Source of the DNA: Gammaproteobacteria bacterium RIFCSPLOWO2_02_FULL_57_10
GTDB taxonomy: Bacteria; Pseudomonadota; Gammaproteobacteria; Pseudomonadales; Pseudohongiellaceae
Length of the DNA: 50,856 bases
NCBI GenBank assembly: GCA_001802565.1
Contig: MGYS01000016.1
Coordinates: 86,719 to 137,574 of the forward strand
Direction: 5' to 3'
Shown piece after piece: positions 1 through 9,405 of this stretch. Position 1 is the stretch's first letter, and each line of letters opens with the position of its first letter. The translations under genes and the position numbers were made by a program. The notes under the pieces are model-generated. The model was given only the letters and a program-made list of their open reading frames with translations. It had not been told where the DNA came from and made no database searches.

Positions 1-1667
1 GGTCTGCCACCTTCGGCGAGCTCGCAGTAGCCGCCTCACAACAACCTGCTCCGGACGTGAATGCTCTTGTGCTGAAGACGCCCGCCGAGTTCCGCCTGAT
101 CGGTCGCGACGACACCTTGCGCAAGGACACAGGCAAGCACAACGGCACGGCGATCTACACACAGGACGTGAAGCTCCCCGGCATGCTGACTGCGGTAGTC
201 GCACACTCGCCACGCTTCGGTGGCAAGGTGCGCTCCTTCGATGCAACAGAGGCTCTGGCACGCAAAGGCGTCGTGAATGTGTTCCAGATCGACACGGGTG
301 TTGTCGTTGTCGCTAACGACTACTGGAGCGCGACCAAGGGGCGCGAACTGCTGAAAGTCGAGTGGGACGACAGCGCAGCTGAAACCCGCAGCACCAACAC
401 GATTCTGCAGCAGTATCGCGAACTCGTGGACACGGAAGGCGCCGTCGCCGCATCAGAGGGCAACGCTGCGAGCACCCTGAGTGCTGCAGGGGAAGTGGAA
501 GAATTGGTATTCGAATTCCCTTACCTCGCACACGCGCAGATGGAACCGATGAACTGCGTGGCGAAGGTCGACGGTAATTCCGCGGAGATGTGGTACGGCT
601 GCCAGAGCGCTACAGGTGACCAGGCCGCCATCGCCCAGTTGTTAGGCACCGGCATCGAGAACGTGAAGATCAATACAGTGTTTGCCGGTGGCGGCTTCGG
701 GCGTCGTGCGAACCCTGCGTCAGATTACGTGCTGGAATCCGTGCGCATTGCACAACAGGTGCCAGGTGTCCCGGTGAAGCTGGTGTGGTCACGTGAAGAC
801 GACATGCAGGGCGGCTACTATCGTCCGGCCTACGCGCACAAGCTGACCGCAGCGCTGGGCAGTGATGGCAAGCCCACCGCAATTCAGATACGCGTGGCAG
901 GACAATCAATCATGGCGGGCACTTCGATGGCTGCGATGATGATGGTCAACGGCATTGATATCACTTCAGTCGAAGGTCTCTCGGATCTGTCGTACGAAAT
1001 TCCCGAGCGCCAAGTGGAGCTGCATTCGCCCACCAACGGAGTGCCCGTGCAGTGGTGGCGTTCGGTTGGTCACACGCACACCGCGTTCAGCAAGGAGGTG
1101 TTCATCGACGCACTGGCGAGAAAGGCCGGTGCCGATCCTGTGCAGTATCGCCTCGATCTGTTGCAGAACAATCCGCGTGAAACCGCCGTGCTGAAACTCG
1201 CTGCAGAGAAAGCCGAGTGGGGCACGAAGGTGTTGCCTGCAGGCTGGGGGCGGGGCGTCGCAGTTCACACATCATTCGGTTCCACAGTGGCGGAGATTGT
1301 CGACGTGTCGGTCACCGGCAATACCTTCAAGGTAGAGCGTGTCGTGGCCGTGATCGACTGCGGCATCGCCGTTAACCCGAACGTTGTGCGTGCTCAGGTC
1401 GAGAGCGCGATTGCCTACGGTCTTTCTGCAGCGCTTGCTGATGAAGTGACGCTCACTGATGGCAACGTCGATCAGACCAACTTCCACACCTATCGTGTGT
1501 TGCGCATGGACGCGATGCCGGAAGTGGAGACGCACATCATCGCGTCCACCAATCCGCCATCGGGTGTCGGCGAGCCTGGTACTCCGCCGATTGCGCCAGC
1601 AGTAGCGAATGCGCTGGCTGCCATCACGGGACAGACGTTGACACGGTTGCCACTGAAGCTGGCGTGA
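1..1667 (+). CDS. Molybdopterin-binding aldehyde oxidase/xanthine dehydrogenase-family subunit (isoquinoline 1-oxidoreductase beta-like), 5' partial
   Basis: Frame 3 is open from the window edge, with no stop before the listed start at 57. Translation shows family-typical strings FEFPYLAHAQMEPMNC, GGGFGRR, QWWRSVGHT and PPSGVGEPG. Confidence 0.8.
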   Translation, partial: SATFGELAVAASQQPAPDVNALVLKTPAEFRLIGRDDTLRKDTGKHNGTAIYTQDVKLPGMLTAVVAHSPRFGGKVRSFDATEALARKGVVNVFQIDTGVVVVANDYWSATKGRELLKVEWDDSAAETRSTNTILQQYRELVDTEGAVAASEGNAASTLSAAGEVEELVFEFPYLAHAQMEPMNCVAKVDGNSAEMWYGCQSATGDQAAIAQLLGTGIENVKINTVFAGGGFGRRANPASDYVLESVRIAQQVPGVPVKLVWSREDDMQGGYYRPAYAHKLTAALGSDGKPTAIQIRVAGQSIMAGTSMAAMMMVNGIDITSVEGLSDLSYEIPERQVELHSPTNGVPVQWWRSVGHTHTAFSKEVFIDALARKAGADPVQYRLDLLQNNPRETAVLKLAAEKAEWGTKVLPAGWGRGVAVHTSFGSTVAEIVDVSVTGNTFKVERVVAVIDCGIAVNPNVVRAQVESAIAYGLSAALADEVTLTDGNVDQTNFHTYRVLRMDAMPEVETHIIASTNPPSGVGEPGTPPIAPAVANALAAITGQTLTRLPLKLA

Positions 1668-1727
1668 CAAGCTGAACGAAATGGATTTCGAAGATGCGTT
1701 GTAGATATTCATTTCCCGGAGAAAAGC

Positions 1728-2915
1728 ATGTCGCTCAAGTTGCGTCGCATTGCCATATGTTGTCTGTTGTCCTGCGTTTCTGTTGTGGTTTATGCGCAAG
1801 GCAGACCCAGACCGTTTCCACTGCCTGAAGAGCCACAGGTCTATCAGACTGGCGACGAGACGATCCGTGTCTCGGTGGTAGCGCGAGGCTTGTCGCATCC
1901 GTTCAGTCTGCTGGTGCTTCCCAGCGGCGACATGCTTGTCACTGAGCGCAATGTGCCGCAACTGCGGGCCATTCGTCAGGGAGTGCTCGACCCTGCTCCC
2001 GTACCGGGCCTGCCCGATATTCGCACGGGGTTTCACTCCGGATTGCTCGAGGTTGTGGCCCATCCGCAATTCGCGACCAATCGCTTGATCTACTTCACTT
2101 ATCATCGAGCGTTGGAAGCAGAGGGAGAATACACAATCGTCCTGGCGCGGGCGCACTATGACGGAGTCGGGCTGTCCAATGTGGAAACGCTGTACACGGG
2201 CACTCCAACGACTCTGTCCGGAGGCTCGCGCATCGCCTTCGGTCCTGATGGTCTGGTGTACTTCACAACGGGAGGGGCTACCCGAGGCAATGTCGGGGAT
2301 AACGCTCAGAACCTGATGAGCTCGTTTGGCAAGGTGCTGCGACTTCATGAAGACGGCAGGATTCCTGCTACCAATCCCTTCGTTGGCCGAGAAGACGCCT
2401 TGCCGGAGATTTATTCCTACGGTCATCGCGACCAGTATGGCCTTACATTCCACCCGGTCTCGGGCGATCTTCTGCATGCGGAACTGGGCCCGCTTGGTGG
2501 TGACAAGATCAACGTCATCAAAGCTGGTGGGAATTATGGCTGGCCGCTGTACGGACATGGTCGTCAGAATGACAGCTCGCCGATGGAGCATCCCTTCCGC
2601 GAAGGCATCGAACAATCACTGATTACCTGGCAGCCCGGCATCGTGCCAAACGGCTTGGTGATCTACACGGGCGATGCGTTTCCCGGGTGGCGAGGCAATC
2701 TCTTCACGGGCAGTATTCACCGCGGCCGCATTCCCGGCACCGGTGGACTGGAGCGAGTGGCATTCAGTGACAAGATGTGGGAGCTCACGCGCGAAACCCT
2801 GGTAACAGAGCTGCATCAGCGCGTGCGGGATGTTCGCCAGGGCCCCGACGGCTTCCTGTACATCCTGACCGATGAAGACGATGGTGCTGTGATTCGCATT
2901 GAGCCAGCGCAATAG
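1728..2915 (+). CDS. PQQ-dependent sugar dehydrogenase (soluble glucose/sorbosone dehydrogenase family), secreted
   Basis: Signal-peptide-like N-terminus. Motifs GHRDQYGLTFHP, GGNYGWP and PDGFLYILTD. GGAG-type RBS upstream of the ATG. Confidence 0.8.
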   Translation: MSLKLRRIAICCLLSCVSVVVYAQGRPRPFPLPEEPQVYQTGDETIRVSVVARGLSHPFSLLVLPSGDMLVTERNVPQLRAIRQGVLDPAPVPGLPDIRTGFHSGLLEVVAHPQFATNRLIYFTYHRALEAEGEYTIVLARAHYDGVGLSNVETLYTGTPTTLSGGSRIAFGPDGLVYFTTGGATRGNVGDNAQNLMSSFGKVLRLHEDGRIPATNPFVGREDALPEIYSYGHRDQYGLTFHPVSGDLLHAELGPLGGDKINVIKAGGNYGWPLYGHGRQNDSSPMEHPFREGIEQSLITWQPGIVPNGLVIYTGDAFPGWRGNLFTGSIHRGRIPGTGGLERVAFSDKMWELTRETLVTELHQRVRDVRQGPDGFLYILTDEDDGAVIRIEPAQ

Positions 2916-2928
2916 ACCTCGCCCACTA

Positions 2929-2965
2929 CCTTGAAATTCCCGCTTTACGTGCGGGATTTTCAAGG
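2929..2965 (+). terminator. Stem-loop downstream of the PQQ dehydrogenase gene (possible terminator, no clear T-tract)
   Basis: ccttgaaattcccgc / gcgggattttcaagg forms a 15-bp stem with one mismatch and a 7-nt loop. It starts 14 nt after the stop codon. Confidence 0.35.
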
Positions 2966-2978
2966 TTAAAGTGGGTTC

Positions 2979-4133
2979 ATGATCGAAAGACCCTCCATAC
3001 ACGCCGCCATCACCGCTGCTCTCGGGCGCAGCAGGGTAGTGGCATTGCTTGGCCCAAGGCAGTCCGGCAAGACCACATTGGCCCGCCAGTGGGTGTCTGT
3101 GGATTCCCCGAATTACTTCGATCTTGAAGATCCGGTCAGTCTTGCGCGTCTGAGTGAGCCGATGACGACCTTGCGGGATTTGACCGGCACAGTTGTCATC
3201 GACGAGATTCAACGCCTGCCCGAGTTGTTTCCAGTGCTGCGAGTGCTGGCTGATCGCAACCCCTTGCCTGCGCGGTTTCTCATACTCGGCAGCGCTTCGC
3301 CGGAATTGTTGCGACAGTCGTCAGAGTCGCTGGCCGGGCGCATGGAAGTGATTGCCATCAGTGGTCTCAGTCTTGCCGAGGTGGGTGTGTCGTCGCAAAA
3401 CCACCACTGGTTGCGGGGCGGATTCCCACTCGCCTTCCTTGCCGAAAACGACGCGGACAGCTTTATCTGGCGCAAGAATTTTGTACAAGCGGTGTTGGAG
3501 CGAGACATCCCGCAACTGGGCAGTGGCATCAGTGCCGTAGCGATGCAGCGCTTCTGGGCCATGCTCGCACACTTTCATGGGCAGATCTGGAACGCTGCTG
3601 AATTGGCTCGCTCTCTGGGTGTCAATGAAAGCACGGCCCGGCGCTATCTGGATTTATTGGAAGGCGTCTTCATGGTGCGGCGCCTGCAGCCGTGGCACGA
3701 GAACATGAAGAAGCGTCAGGTGAAATCTCCCAAGATCTACTTCCGCGACAGTGGTCTGTTGCATCAGCTGCTGGGCATCCAAACCGGCAGCGAATTGCAA
3801 TTGCATCCCCGCCTTGGCGCCTCATGGGAAGGGTATGTTCTGGAGGAGATTCTGAAGTCACAGCAACCCGACGAAGCCTGGTTCTGGGCGACCCACGCGG
3901 GCGCAGAGCTGGATCTGTTGATGATGCACCGGGGAAAACGCACTGGAGTGGAAATCAAGCGAATGGATGCTCCAAGGATGACGGCTTCGATGCGCATTGC
4001 ACTGGATGAGCTGAAACTGGACAACCTGCTTGTCGTCTATCCGGGCAATCAGCGATATACGATTGCTGAAGGCGTGGAGGCTGTCCCGTTTGCAGAGATT
4101 GCAACAACCAATGAAGAATTTTCAACGAGGTAA
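2979..4133 (+). CDS. AAA-family ATPase with DUF4143-type C-terminal region
   Basis: Walker A GPRQSGKTTL, Walker B-like VVIDEIQ. Overall resemblance to the ATP-binding/DUF4143 protein family. Confidence 0.75.
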   Translation: MIERPSIHAAITAALGRSRVVALLGPRQSGKTTLARQWVSVDSPNYFDLEDPVSLARLSEPMTTLRDLTGTVVIDEIQRLPELFPVLRVLADRNPLPARFLILGSASPELLRQSSESLAGRMEVIAISGLSLAEVGVSSQNHHWLRGGFPLAFLAENDADSFIWRKNFVQAVLERDIPQLGSGISAVAMQRFWAMLAHFHGQIWNAAELARSLGVNESTARRYLDLLEGVFMVRRLQPWHENMKKRQVKSPKIYFRDSGLLHQLLGIQTGSELQLHPRLGASWEGYVLEEILKSQQPDEAWFWATHAGAELDLLMMHRGKRTGVEIKRMDAPRMTASMRIALDELKLDNLLVVYPGNQRYTIAEGVEAVPFAEIATTNEEFSTR

Positions 4134-4138
4134 ACTCC

Positions 4139-4918
4139 ATGACGAAGGTCGTCCTCATTACAGGCGCGTCTTCTGGATTCGGCGAGGCCACTGCGAGAAA
4201 ATTTGCGCAGGAAGATTGCAATCTGATCCTGGCAGCGAGAAGCCTGGACAAGCTTACAGCGCTGGCCAAGGAACTTGATTCATCAACTTCTACAAGATGC
4301 CGAACCCACATCACCGCTCTTGATGTGACACAGCAGTCCTCAGTCGATGCGCTCATCGCGACATTGCCCGACGAGTTTCGCAAAATTGATGTGCTGGTCA
4401 ACAATGCAGGTCTTGCGCTCGGTCTTGAGCCTGCCCATCAGGTGAACTTCTCCGACTGGGAAACCATGGTCGACACCAACATCAAGGGCCTGTTGCGCAT
4501 GACGCGCGCGGTGCTCCCCGGAATGGTCGAGCGGAACAGTGGACACATCATCAACATCGGTTCCACCGCGGGCAACTGGCCTTATCCCGGCGGCAACACG
4601 TACGGCGGCACCAAGGCATTCGTGCAGAATTTTTCGCGCGGATTGCGTGCTGATCTGCTCGGCAAGCGCATTCGTGTTACCTGCATCGAGCCGGGAATGT
4701 CCGAGACGAACTTCTCCAACGTGCGCTTCAAGGGCGACGAGGCACGTGCGGACAAAGTCTACGAGGGAACCCAACCGCTGTCGGCTGAAGATGTGGCCGA
4801 TATCATTCACTGGGTCAATGCAATGCCAGCCCATGTGAACATCAATACGCTGGAAGTGATGCCCACCTGCCAGACCTGGAGCGGACTGGCGGTGAGCAGA
4901 ACGATGGAACAGGAATAG
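4139..4918 (+). CDS. SDR-family NAD(P)-dependent oxidoreductase (YdfG-like 3-hydroxy acid dehydrogenase type)
   Basis: TGASSGFG cofactor motif, YGGTK catalytic YxxxK, NNAG. GAGG RBS 5 nt after the stop of the preceding gene. Confidence 0.8.
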   Translation: MTKVVLITGASSGFGEATARKFAQEDCNLILAARSLDKLTALAKELDSSTSTRCRTHITALDVTQQSSVDALIATLPDEFRKIDVLVNNAGLALGLEPAHQVNFSDWETMVDTNIKGLLRMTRAVLPGMVERNSGHIINIGSTAGNWPYPGGNTYGGTKAFVQNFSRGLRADLLGKRIRVTCIEPGMSETNFSNVRFKGDEARADKVYEGTQPLSAEDVADIIHWVNAMPAHVNINTLEVMPTCQTWSGLAVSRTMEQE

Positions 4919-4930
4919 CGCCAGGACTCA

Positions 4931-6628
4931 CTACGCTCTTGATGCAATCCTGCGATACTCGCGATATGCGGGTGACCAGAAATTTCTTTCAATGGACTCC
5001 CACAATTCCTCGTCGGTCAGCTGCAATGCATGACCCTGATTCATGGCCATTCGCGCAATCGCAAAAGCGATTCTGCGGCTGATCTGCGGAAGGTCAGTCA
5101 GCGGCGGCAGCACTGACGCAGTCGGGTCTGTCGAATGCGGTGCACATTCCGACAACGTGATACTCGCCGTCATCAACATCTCGTCGCTGACGCGAATCGC
5201 CCTGCAGGCAACCACACCGAGACCAATGCCCGGGAAGATATAACTGTTGTTGCACTGGGCGATGTTGTAGATCGTGTCGCCAAACGCGATATCTCCAAAC
5301 GGGCTGCCCGTTGCCAGGATGGCTTCCCCATTCGTCCATTCAATGATCTGCGCCGGATGTGCTTCGACCAGACGCGATGGATTGCTGAGAGGGAAAATGA
5401 TCGGCCGGTGGCAGGTGGCATGCATCTGTCGGATCACGGCTTCCGTAAACAGACCCGGCTTTCCGGAGACGCCGACCAACACACCGGGTCTGACGTTCTT
5501 CACCACGTCGAGCAGGCTCGCATAGGGACCACTATCTTCCAGCACCCAATTGCTAAGCGCAGCGCGTGGCTGCAGAAGGCGCATCTGGAAATCCATCAGG
5601 TCTTCCATGCCTTCAGTCAGCAAGCCAAAGCGATCGACCATGAAAATCTGCGCGCGCGCCTGAGCGTCGTCGAGCCCCTCGGCCACCATCGCGCTGACAA
5701 TCAGTTCGGCAATCCCGCAACCGGCGGAACCCGCCCCGACAAAAACGATTTTCTGATCGCGCAGTCTTTCACTCTTCCTGCGAGTAGCGGCGAGCAGAGT
5801 GCCAAGTGTCACTGCAGCGGTGCCCTGGATATCGTCGTTGAAACAACAGACACGATGTCGATGGCGCTGCAGGATAGGCATGGCATTGGGCTGCGCGAAG
5901 TCTTCGAACTGGATCAGCACGCCAGGCCAGCGCTCCTGCGCGGCATCGATGAACTGATCCACGAACGCGTTGTAGTCCTCGCGGCCGATACGCGGGTGGC
6001 GGCGACCCACATACATCGGATCGTCCAGCAGCGTCTTGTTGTTGGTCCCCACGTCCAGCGCGACTGGCAGCGTGTAAGCGGGACTGATGCCGCCGCATGC
6101 CGTGTAGATGGAAAGCTTGCCGATGGTAATGCCCATACCGCCGATGCCCTGATCGCCAAGCCCCAGCACGCGCTCGCCGTCGGTGACGACGATCACCTTC
6201 ACCTGGTCCTTGGTGACGCTCTGCATGATCTCGCTCATGAACTCCCGCTCTTCCCAGGAGATGAAAAGCCCGCGCGCGCGGCGGTAGATGTCGGAAAAAT
6301 GTTCACACGCATCTCCCACGGTCGGGGTATAGATGATGGGAAGCATCTCCACCAGATGTTCGCTGATCAACCGATAGAACATGGTCTCGTTGGTGTCCTG
6401 CATGGCTCGCAGGTAGATGTGCTTCTGCAGAGGATCGTCGAAACTGCGGTACTGCATGTAGGCTCGTTCCACCTGCTCCTCGATCGACTCGTAGCGCGGC
6501 GGCAACAACCCCATCAGGTTGAACATGCGCCGTTCGGTCTCCGTGAATGCGGAGCCCTTGTTCAATAGCGGCGTTTCCAGCAGCGTGGGACCCGCATAAG
6601 AGATATAGAGAGGTTTGCCTGCAGACAT
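4931..6628 (-). CDS. maeA: NAD-dependent malic enzyme
   Basis: Full-length similarity to MaeA/SfcA ([34 protein letters not shown]). I chose the second ATG (MSAGKPLY, 565 aa). The 24-codon upstream extension in the ORF track is not family-like. Confidence 0.9.
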   Translation of the reverse strand: MSAGKPLYISYAGPTLLETPLLNKGSAFTETERRMFNLMGLLPPRYESIEEQVERAYMQYRSFDDPLQKHIYLRAMQDTNETMFYRLISEHLVEMLPIIYTPTVGDACEHFSDIYRRARGLFISWEEREFMSEIMQSVTKDQVKVIVVTDGERVLGLGDQGIGGMGITIGKLSIYTACGGISPAYTLPVALDVGTNNKTLLDDPMYVGRRHPRIGREDYNAFVDQFIDAAQERWPGVLIQFEDFAQPNAMPILQRHRHRVCCFNDDIQGTAAVTLGTLLAATRRKSERLRDQKIVFVGAGSAGCGIAELIVSAMVAEGLDDAQARAQIFMVDRFGLLTEGMEDLMDFQMRLLQPRAALSNWVLEDSGPYASLLDVVKNVRPGVLVGVSGKPGLFTEAVIRQMHATCHRPIIFPLSNPSRLVEAHPAQIIEWTNGEAILATGSPFGDIAFGDTIYNIAQCNNSYIFPGIGLGVVACRAIRVSDEMLMTASITLSECAPHSTDPTASVLPPLTDLPQISRRIAFAIARMAMNQGHALQLTDEELWESIERNFWSPAYREYRRIASRA

Positions 6629-6683
6629 GTACAATTCCTGAGTGACTTTTCCTGAGTGCTTTCCTGGACGACAGCGTATCACA

Positions 6684-7292
6684 ATGAACCCCGCAGACAT
6701 CGCAAAAGGCTATGACCAACTGGCCGAACACTGGGCCAGCGACAAGTTTCCGCAGGACAATGGCATCGCCCAACACGAGCGTGCTCTGGCATTCGTGAAG
6801 ACTCGGCGTCGAGCGTTGGACATTGGCTGCGGTGCGAGCGGCAGGCTCATGGAGCTGATGATTGCAGAGGGATTCGATGTGGCCGGGATCGAAGGAGTCG
6901 ACATCTCCGAGCGCATGTTGTCGCTGGCGCGCAAGCGTCACCCGCAGATCACCTTCCATCATGCCGACATCTGTACTTGGATACTGCCGCACACCTACGA
7001 CTTCATCTCCGCATGGGACAGCATCTGGCACATTCCCTTGAGCGAGCAGACCCAGGTGCTCTCGCGCATCATGCAGGCACTGAGCCCCGGAGGTGTGTTC
7101 ATATTCACGACGGGAGGTTTGGACAAGCCATCAGAGAAAACCGATGCGTTCATGGGGCCGGAGATGTACTACAGCGTGCTGGGGACTCCTGACACGCTGG
7201 AGCTGATCGCAAAGTGCGGTTGCGTCTGTCGGCATCTGGAATATGACCAGCATCCGGAGCTGCACGTTAACATCATCGTGCAGAAAATCTGA
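6684..7292 (+). CDS. Class I SAM-dependent methyltransferase
   Basis: Motif [11 protein letters not shown] and [13 protein letters not shown] at 6684 is preferred over GTG at 6642; the start is uncertain. Confidence 0.7.
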   Translation: MNPADIAKGYDQLAEHWASDKFPQDNGIAQHERALAFVKTRRRALDIGCGASGRLMELMIAEGFDVAGIEGVDISERMLSLARKRHPQITFHHADICTWILPHTYDFISAWDSIWHIPLSEQTQVLSRIMQALSPGGVFIFTTGGLDKPSEKTDAFMGPEMYYSVLGTPDTLELIAKCGCVCRHLEYDQHPELHVNIIVQKI

Positions 7293-7388
7293 CAGGATCT
7301 GTAAACCATTTCCAGCCGGCCACTACCAAGGTAACAGAGAACCCGAATTCCACCTGTCAGCCGACCATCCGGCTCTGGAGCCTGTGCC

Positions 7389-8144
7389 ATGCGAATCCTG
7401 CTATTGATCACCTCTGTCCTGCTCTCTGCCAACGCCAGCGCCGCCGAGCGAGTAGTGCGTGAAACCATTCCCGTCAACGCCGACGTGCGCTTCTCCATCG
7501 ACCTGCATCGTGCCGAGCTGGAGGTGACCACCGGCAGTGTCGATGCCATTGAACTGACCGCTTACATTCAGCACGACGACCAGGAGGTCTTGGACGAAGT
7601 GGAGGTTCACATCGAGCAATCACGCTCGGACGTTGCCGTTGAGGTGTACTACGATGATCCGGATAATCAGGTGGACTTCGACTTCATTGGATTGATTGAC
7701 TACGAATATCCACAGATCCGGTTCGTGATCGTGGTGCCCGATGACGCATCGCTGGATGTGGAAGCGCACCGCTCGCAACTGGAGATTGCCGCTCCGGCGG
7801 GGCGCATCGACATCGACACGAGTCGCACCACTGGCCGTATCACGGGTGTGCGCAACAACCTGGATCTGGTGACGACGCGGGGAGATATTGATATCGAGGT
7901 GCAGTCGTTGCACGACATGGACATCGAAGCGCAGCGCTCCGATATCAGGCTGGATATCTTCGGCGCCACGGATTACACACTGGTCGGTGACACGCAGCGT
8001 GGAGAAGTGAGAGTGACAGGGCAGGATATAGCAACGGAGGAGCGTGATCGCGGCATGCGCGTCAATCACGTCAGCGGCTCGGGGAGCAACTTTGTCAGCT
8101 TCGACGTCGAGCGCGGCAACATCATGCTGAACTTCCGCAACTGA
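7389..8144 (+). CDS. Secreted DUF4097-like beta-strand-repeat protein
   Basis: Signal peptide MRILLLITSVLLSANASA. Iterated L-D/E-V/I-x-T-x-x-G-x-I strand repeats. Sits directly upstream of an ECF sigma gene. Confidence 0.55.
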   Translation: MRILLLITSVLLSANASAAERVVRETIPVNADVRFSIDLHRAELEVTTGSVDAIELTAYIQHDDQEVLDEVEVHIEQSRSDVAVEVYYDDPDNQVDFDFIGLIDYEYPQIRFVIVVPDDASLDVEAHRSQLEIAAPAGRIDIDTSRTTGRITGVRNNLDLVTTRGDIDIEVQSLHDMDIEAQRSDIRLDIFGATDYTLVGDTQRGEVRVTGQDIATEERDRGMRVNHVSGSGSNFVSFDVERGNIMLNFRN

Positions 8145-8155
8145 GGTCGAACCCC

Positions 8156-8737
8156 TTGACTGCAAACACGGCATCGATGCCACTGACGGTGGATGAGGAA
8201 CAGATGTTGTCAGAGAGCGAGTCAACACTCGTCGCGCTGGCCAAAACCGGAGATCATAGCGCCTTCACGCGCCTGCTCGAAATTCATGACAGACGAGTGA
8301 TGAGCGTGATCGTGCGCTTCACCGGCAATCGCTTCGATCGTGATGATCTCTACCAGGATATCTTCATGGCGTGCTACCTGGCGCTGCCGCGCTTCAATGG
8401 CACCTGTGCGTTCTACACCTGGCTGCATCGCATCGCGCTGAACCAGTGCATCAGTTTCATCCGCAGCCGCAAGACCTTCGAGCCGGAAGAAGATATTGCC
8501 GCCGAAGACGACGATTGGGAACGCAAGGCGCAACTGCGAGCGGTGAGCAACGCGCAGAAACAATTGGTGGGTGCGCAGCAGATTGGCTTTCATCTGTACT
8601 ACGTCGAGCAGTGGTTGATCGAAGACATCGCAGAATTGTTGGAGTGCAGCGTCAGCGCTGCCAAGACACACATACATCGTGCGCGGGAAAAGATTCGCGC
8701 CGACGAGGAGGTCCGCAAGTGGAACATCGAGATTTGA
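8156..8737 (+). CDS. ECF-type RNA polymerase sigma-70 family factor
   Basis: Region 2 (DLYQDIFMACYLALPRF, YTWLHRIALNQCISFIR) and region 4 HTH (IAELLECSVSAAKTHIHRAR). The start is ambiguous: TTG at 8156 or ATG at 8177. Confidence 0.85.
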   Translation: MTANTASMPLTVDEEQMLSESESTLVALAKTGDHSAFTRLLEIHDRRVMSVIVRFTGNRFDRDDLYQDIFMACYLALPRFNGTCAFYTWLHRIALNQCISFIRSRKTFEPEEDIAAEDDDWERKAQLRAVSNAQKQLVGAQQIGFHLYYVEQWLIEDIAELLECSVSAAKTHIHRAREKIRADEEVRKWNIEI

Positions 8738-9351
8738 AGAGTCTGTATGAAGGCGTCGAGGCCGATGAATTCGCGACGAAGCAGAATCGCAAGCGCCTGG
8801 CGCTGTCGCTGGAATCGGCGGCGCGCGTCCAACAGACATCAGCAGAAAAACCAACATCTGCTATTCGTAAACCGTGGTTCTCGTTTCCTGTGCTGATGCG
8901 TGCAGGTTTCACATGTCTCGTGATTGCAGCGGTAACGCTCACGGGCTGGCGTCAGTATCAGCAGTCGAGTTTCGAAGCGATAGAGCTCTCTTCGCTGCAA
9001 GCTTTCGTCGAGCGCAATGGCGATCACACGCAACTCTATCGCCAGGCGAAGGAAATGGAAGATTCATCCGAGCCTTTACGTAAACTCAACGGCCTCTACA
9101 TTCTCTCCGCGCTCGGTCAGGACGACGAGAATATTCTCGCCAGTGCGCAGGGGCTGCTCGAAGATCCGCGTGCGGAGTTCCGCGCGTACTATGTCGATTA
9201 TCTGATCACGTATGCCGATGAGGCGTACTACGATATTGACTATCTCGAAGCGCTGATTGATCGGGAGACTGATCCGGAGTGCATCGAGTTGTTATATGAG
9301 CTGTTGGGGATTGCGGAGCGCAGGCAGCGCTCATTCCTCACTGGCGCGTGA
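8734..9351 (+). CDS. Putative single-pass anti-sigma factor / membrane protein
   Basis: The frame-1 ORF continues past the sigma stop. Only non-ATG starts are available: TTG 8734 (overlapping the sigma TGA as TTGA) or GTG 8719. One TM helix (FSFPVLMRAGFTCLVIAAVTLTGW) is followed by an acidic periplasmic domain. Confidence 0.5.
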   Translation: MKSLYEGVEADEFATKQNRKRLALSLESAARVQQTSAEKPTSAIRKPWFSFPVLMRAGFTCLVIAAVTLTGWRQYQQSSFEAIELSSLQAFVERNGDHTQLYRQAKEMEDSSEPLRKLNGLYILSALGQDDENILASAQGLLEDPRAEFRAYYVDYLITYADEAYYDIDYLEALIDRETDPECIELLYELLGIAERRQRSFLTGA

Positions 9352-9405
9352 AAAATCAGATGGCAGACCAGAGCAAAGAATGCACTCTGATCTGCCGCCA
9401 AAATC

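Noticed and set aside
1272-2615. 447-aa ORF on the minus strand
   Set aside because: It spans the 3' end of the molybdoenzyme gene, the intergenic spacer and most of the PQQ dehydrogenase gene on the opposite strand. Both plus-strand genes have clear family signatures.
5135-6568. 477-aa ORF on the plus strand
   Set aside because: It is antisense to maeA, with no recognisable motifs. This is a GC-rich shadow ORF.
8371-8733. N-terminal 121 codons of the 326-aa frame-1 ORF
   Set aside because: This part overlaps the ECF sigma gene in another frame and translates to Arg-rich nonsense. Only the part downstream of the sigma stop (from TTG 8734 or GTG 8719) looks like a real protein.
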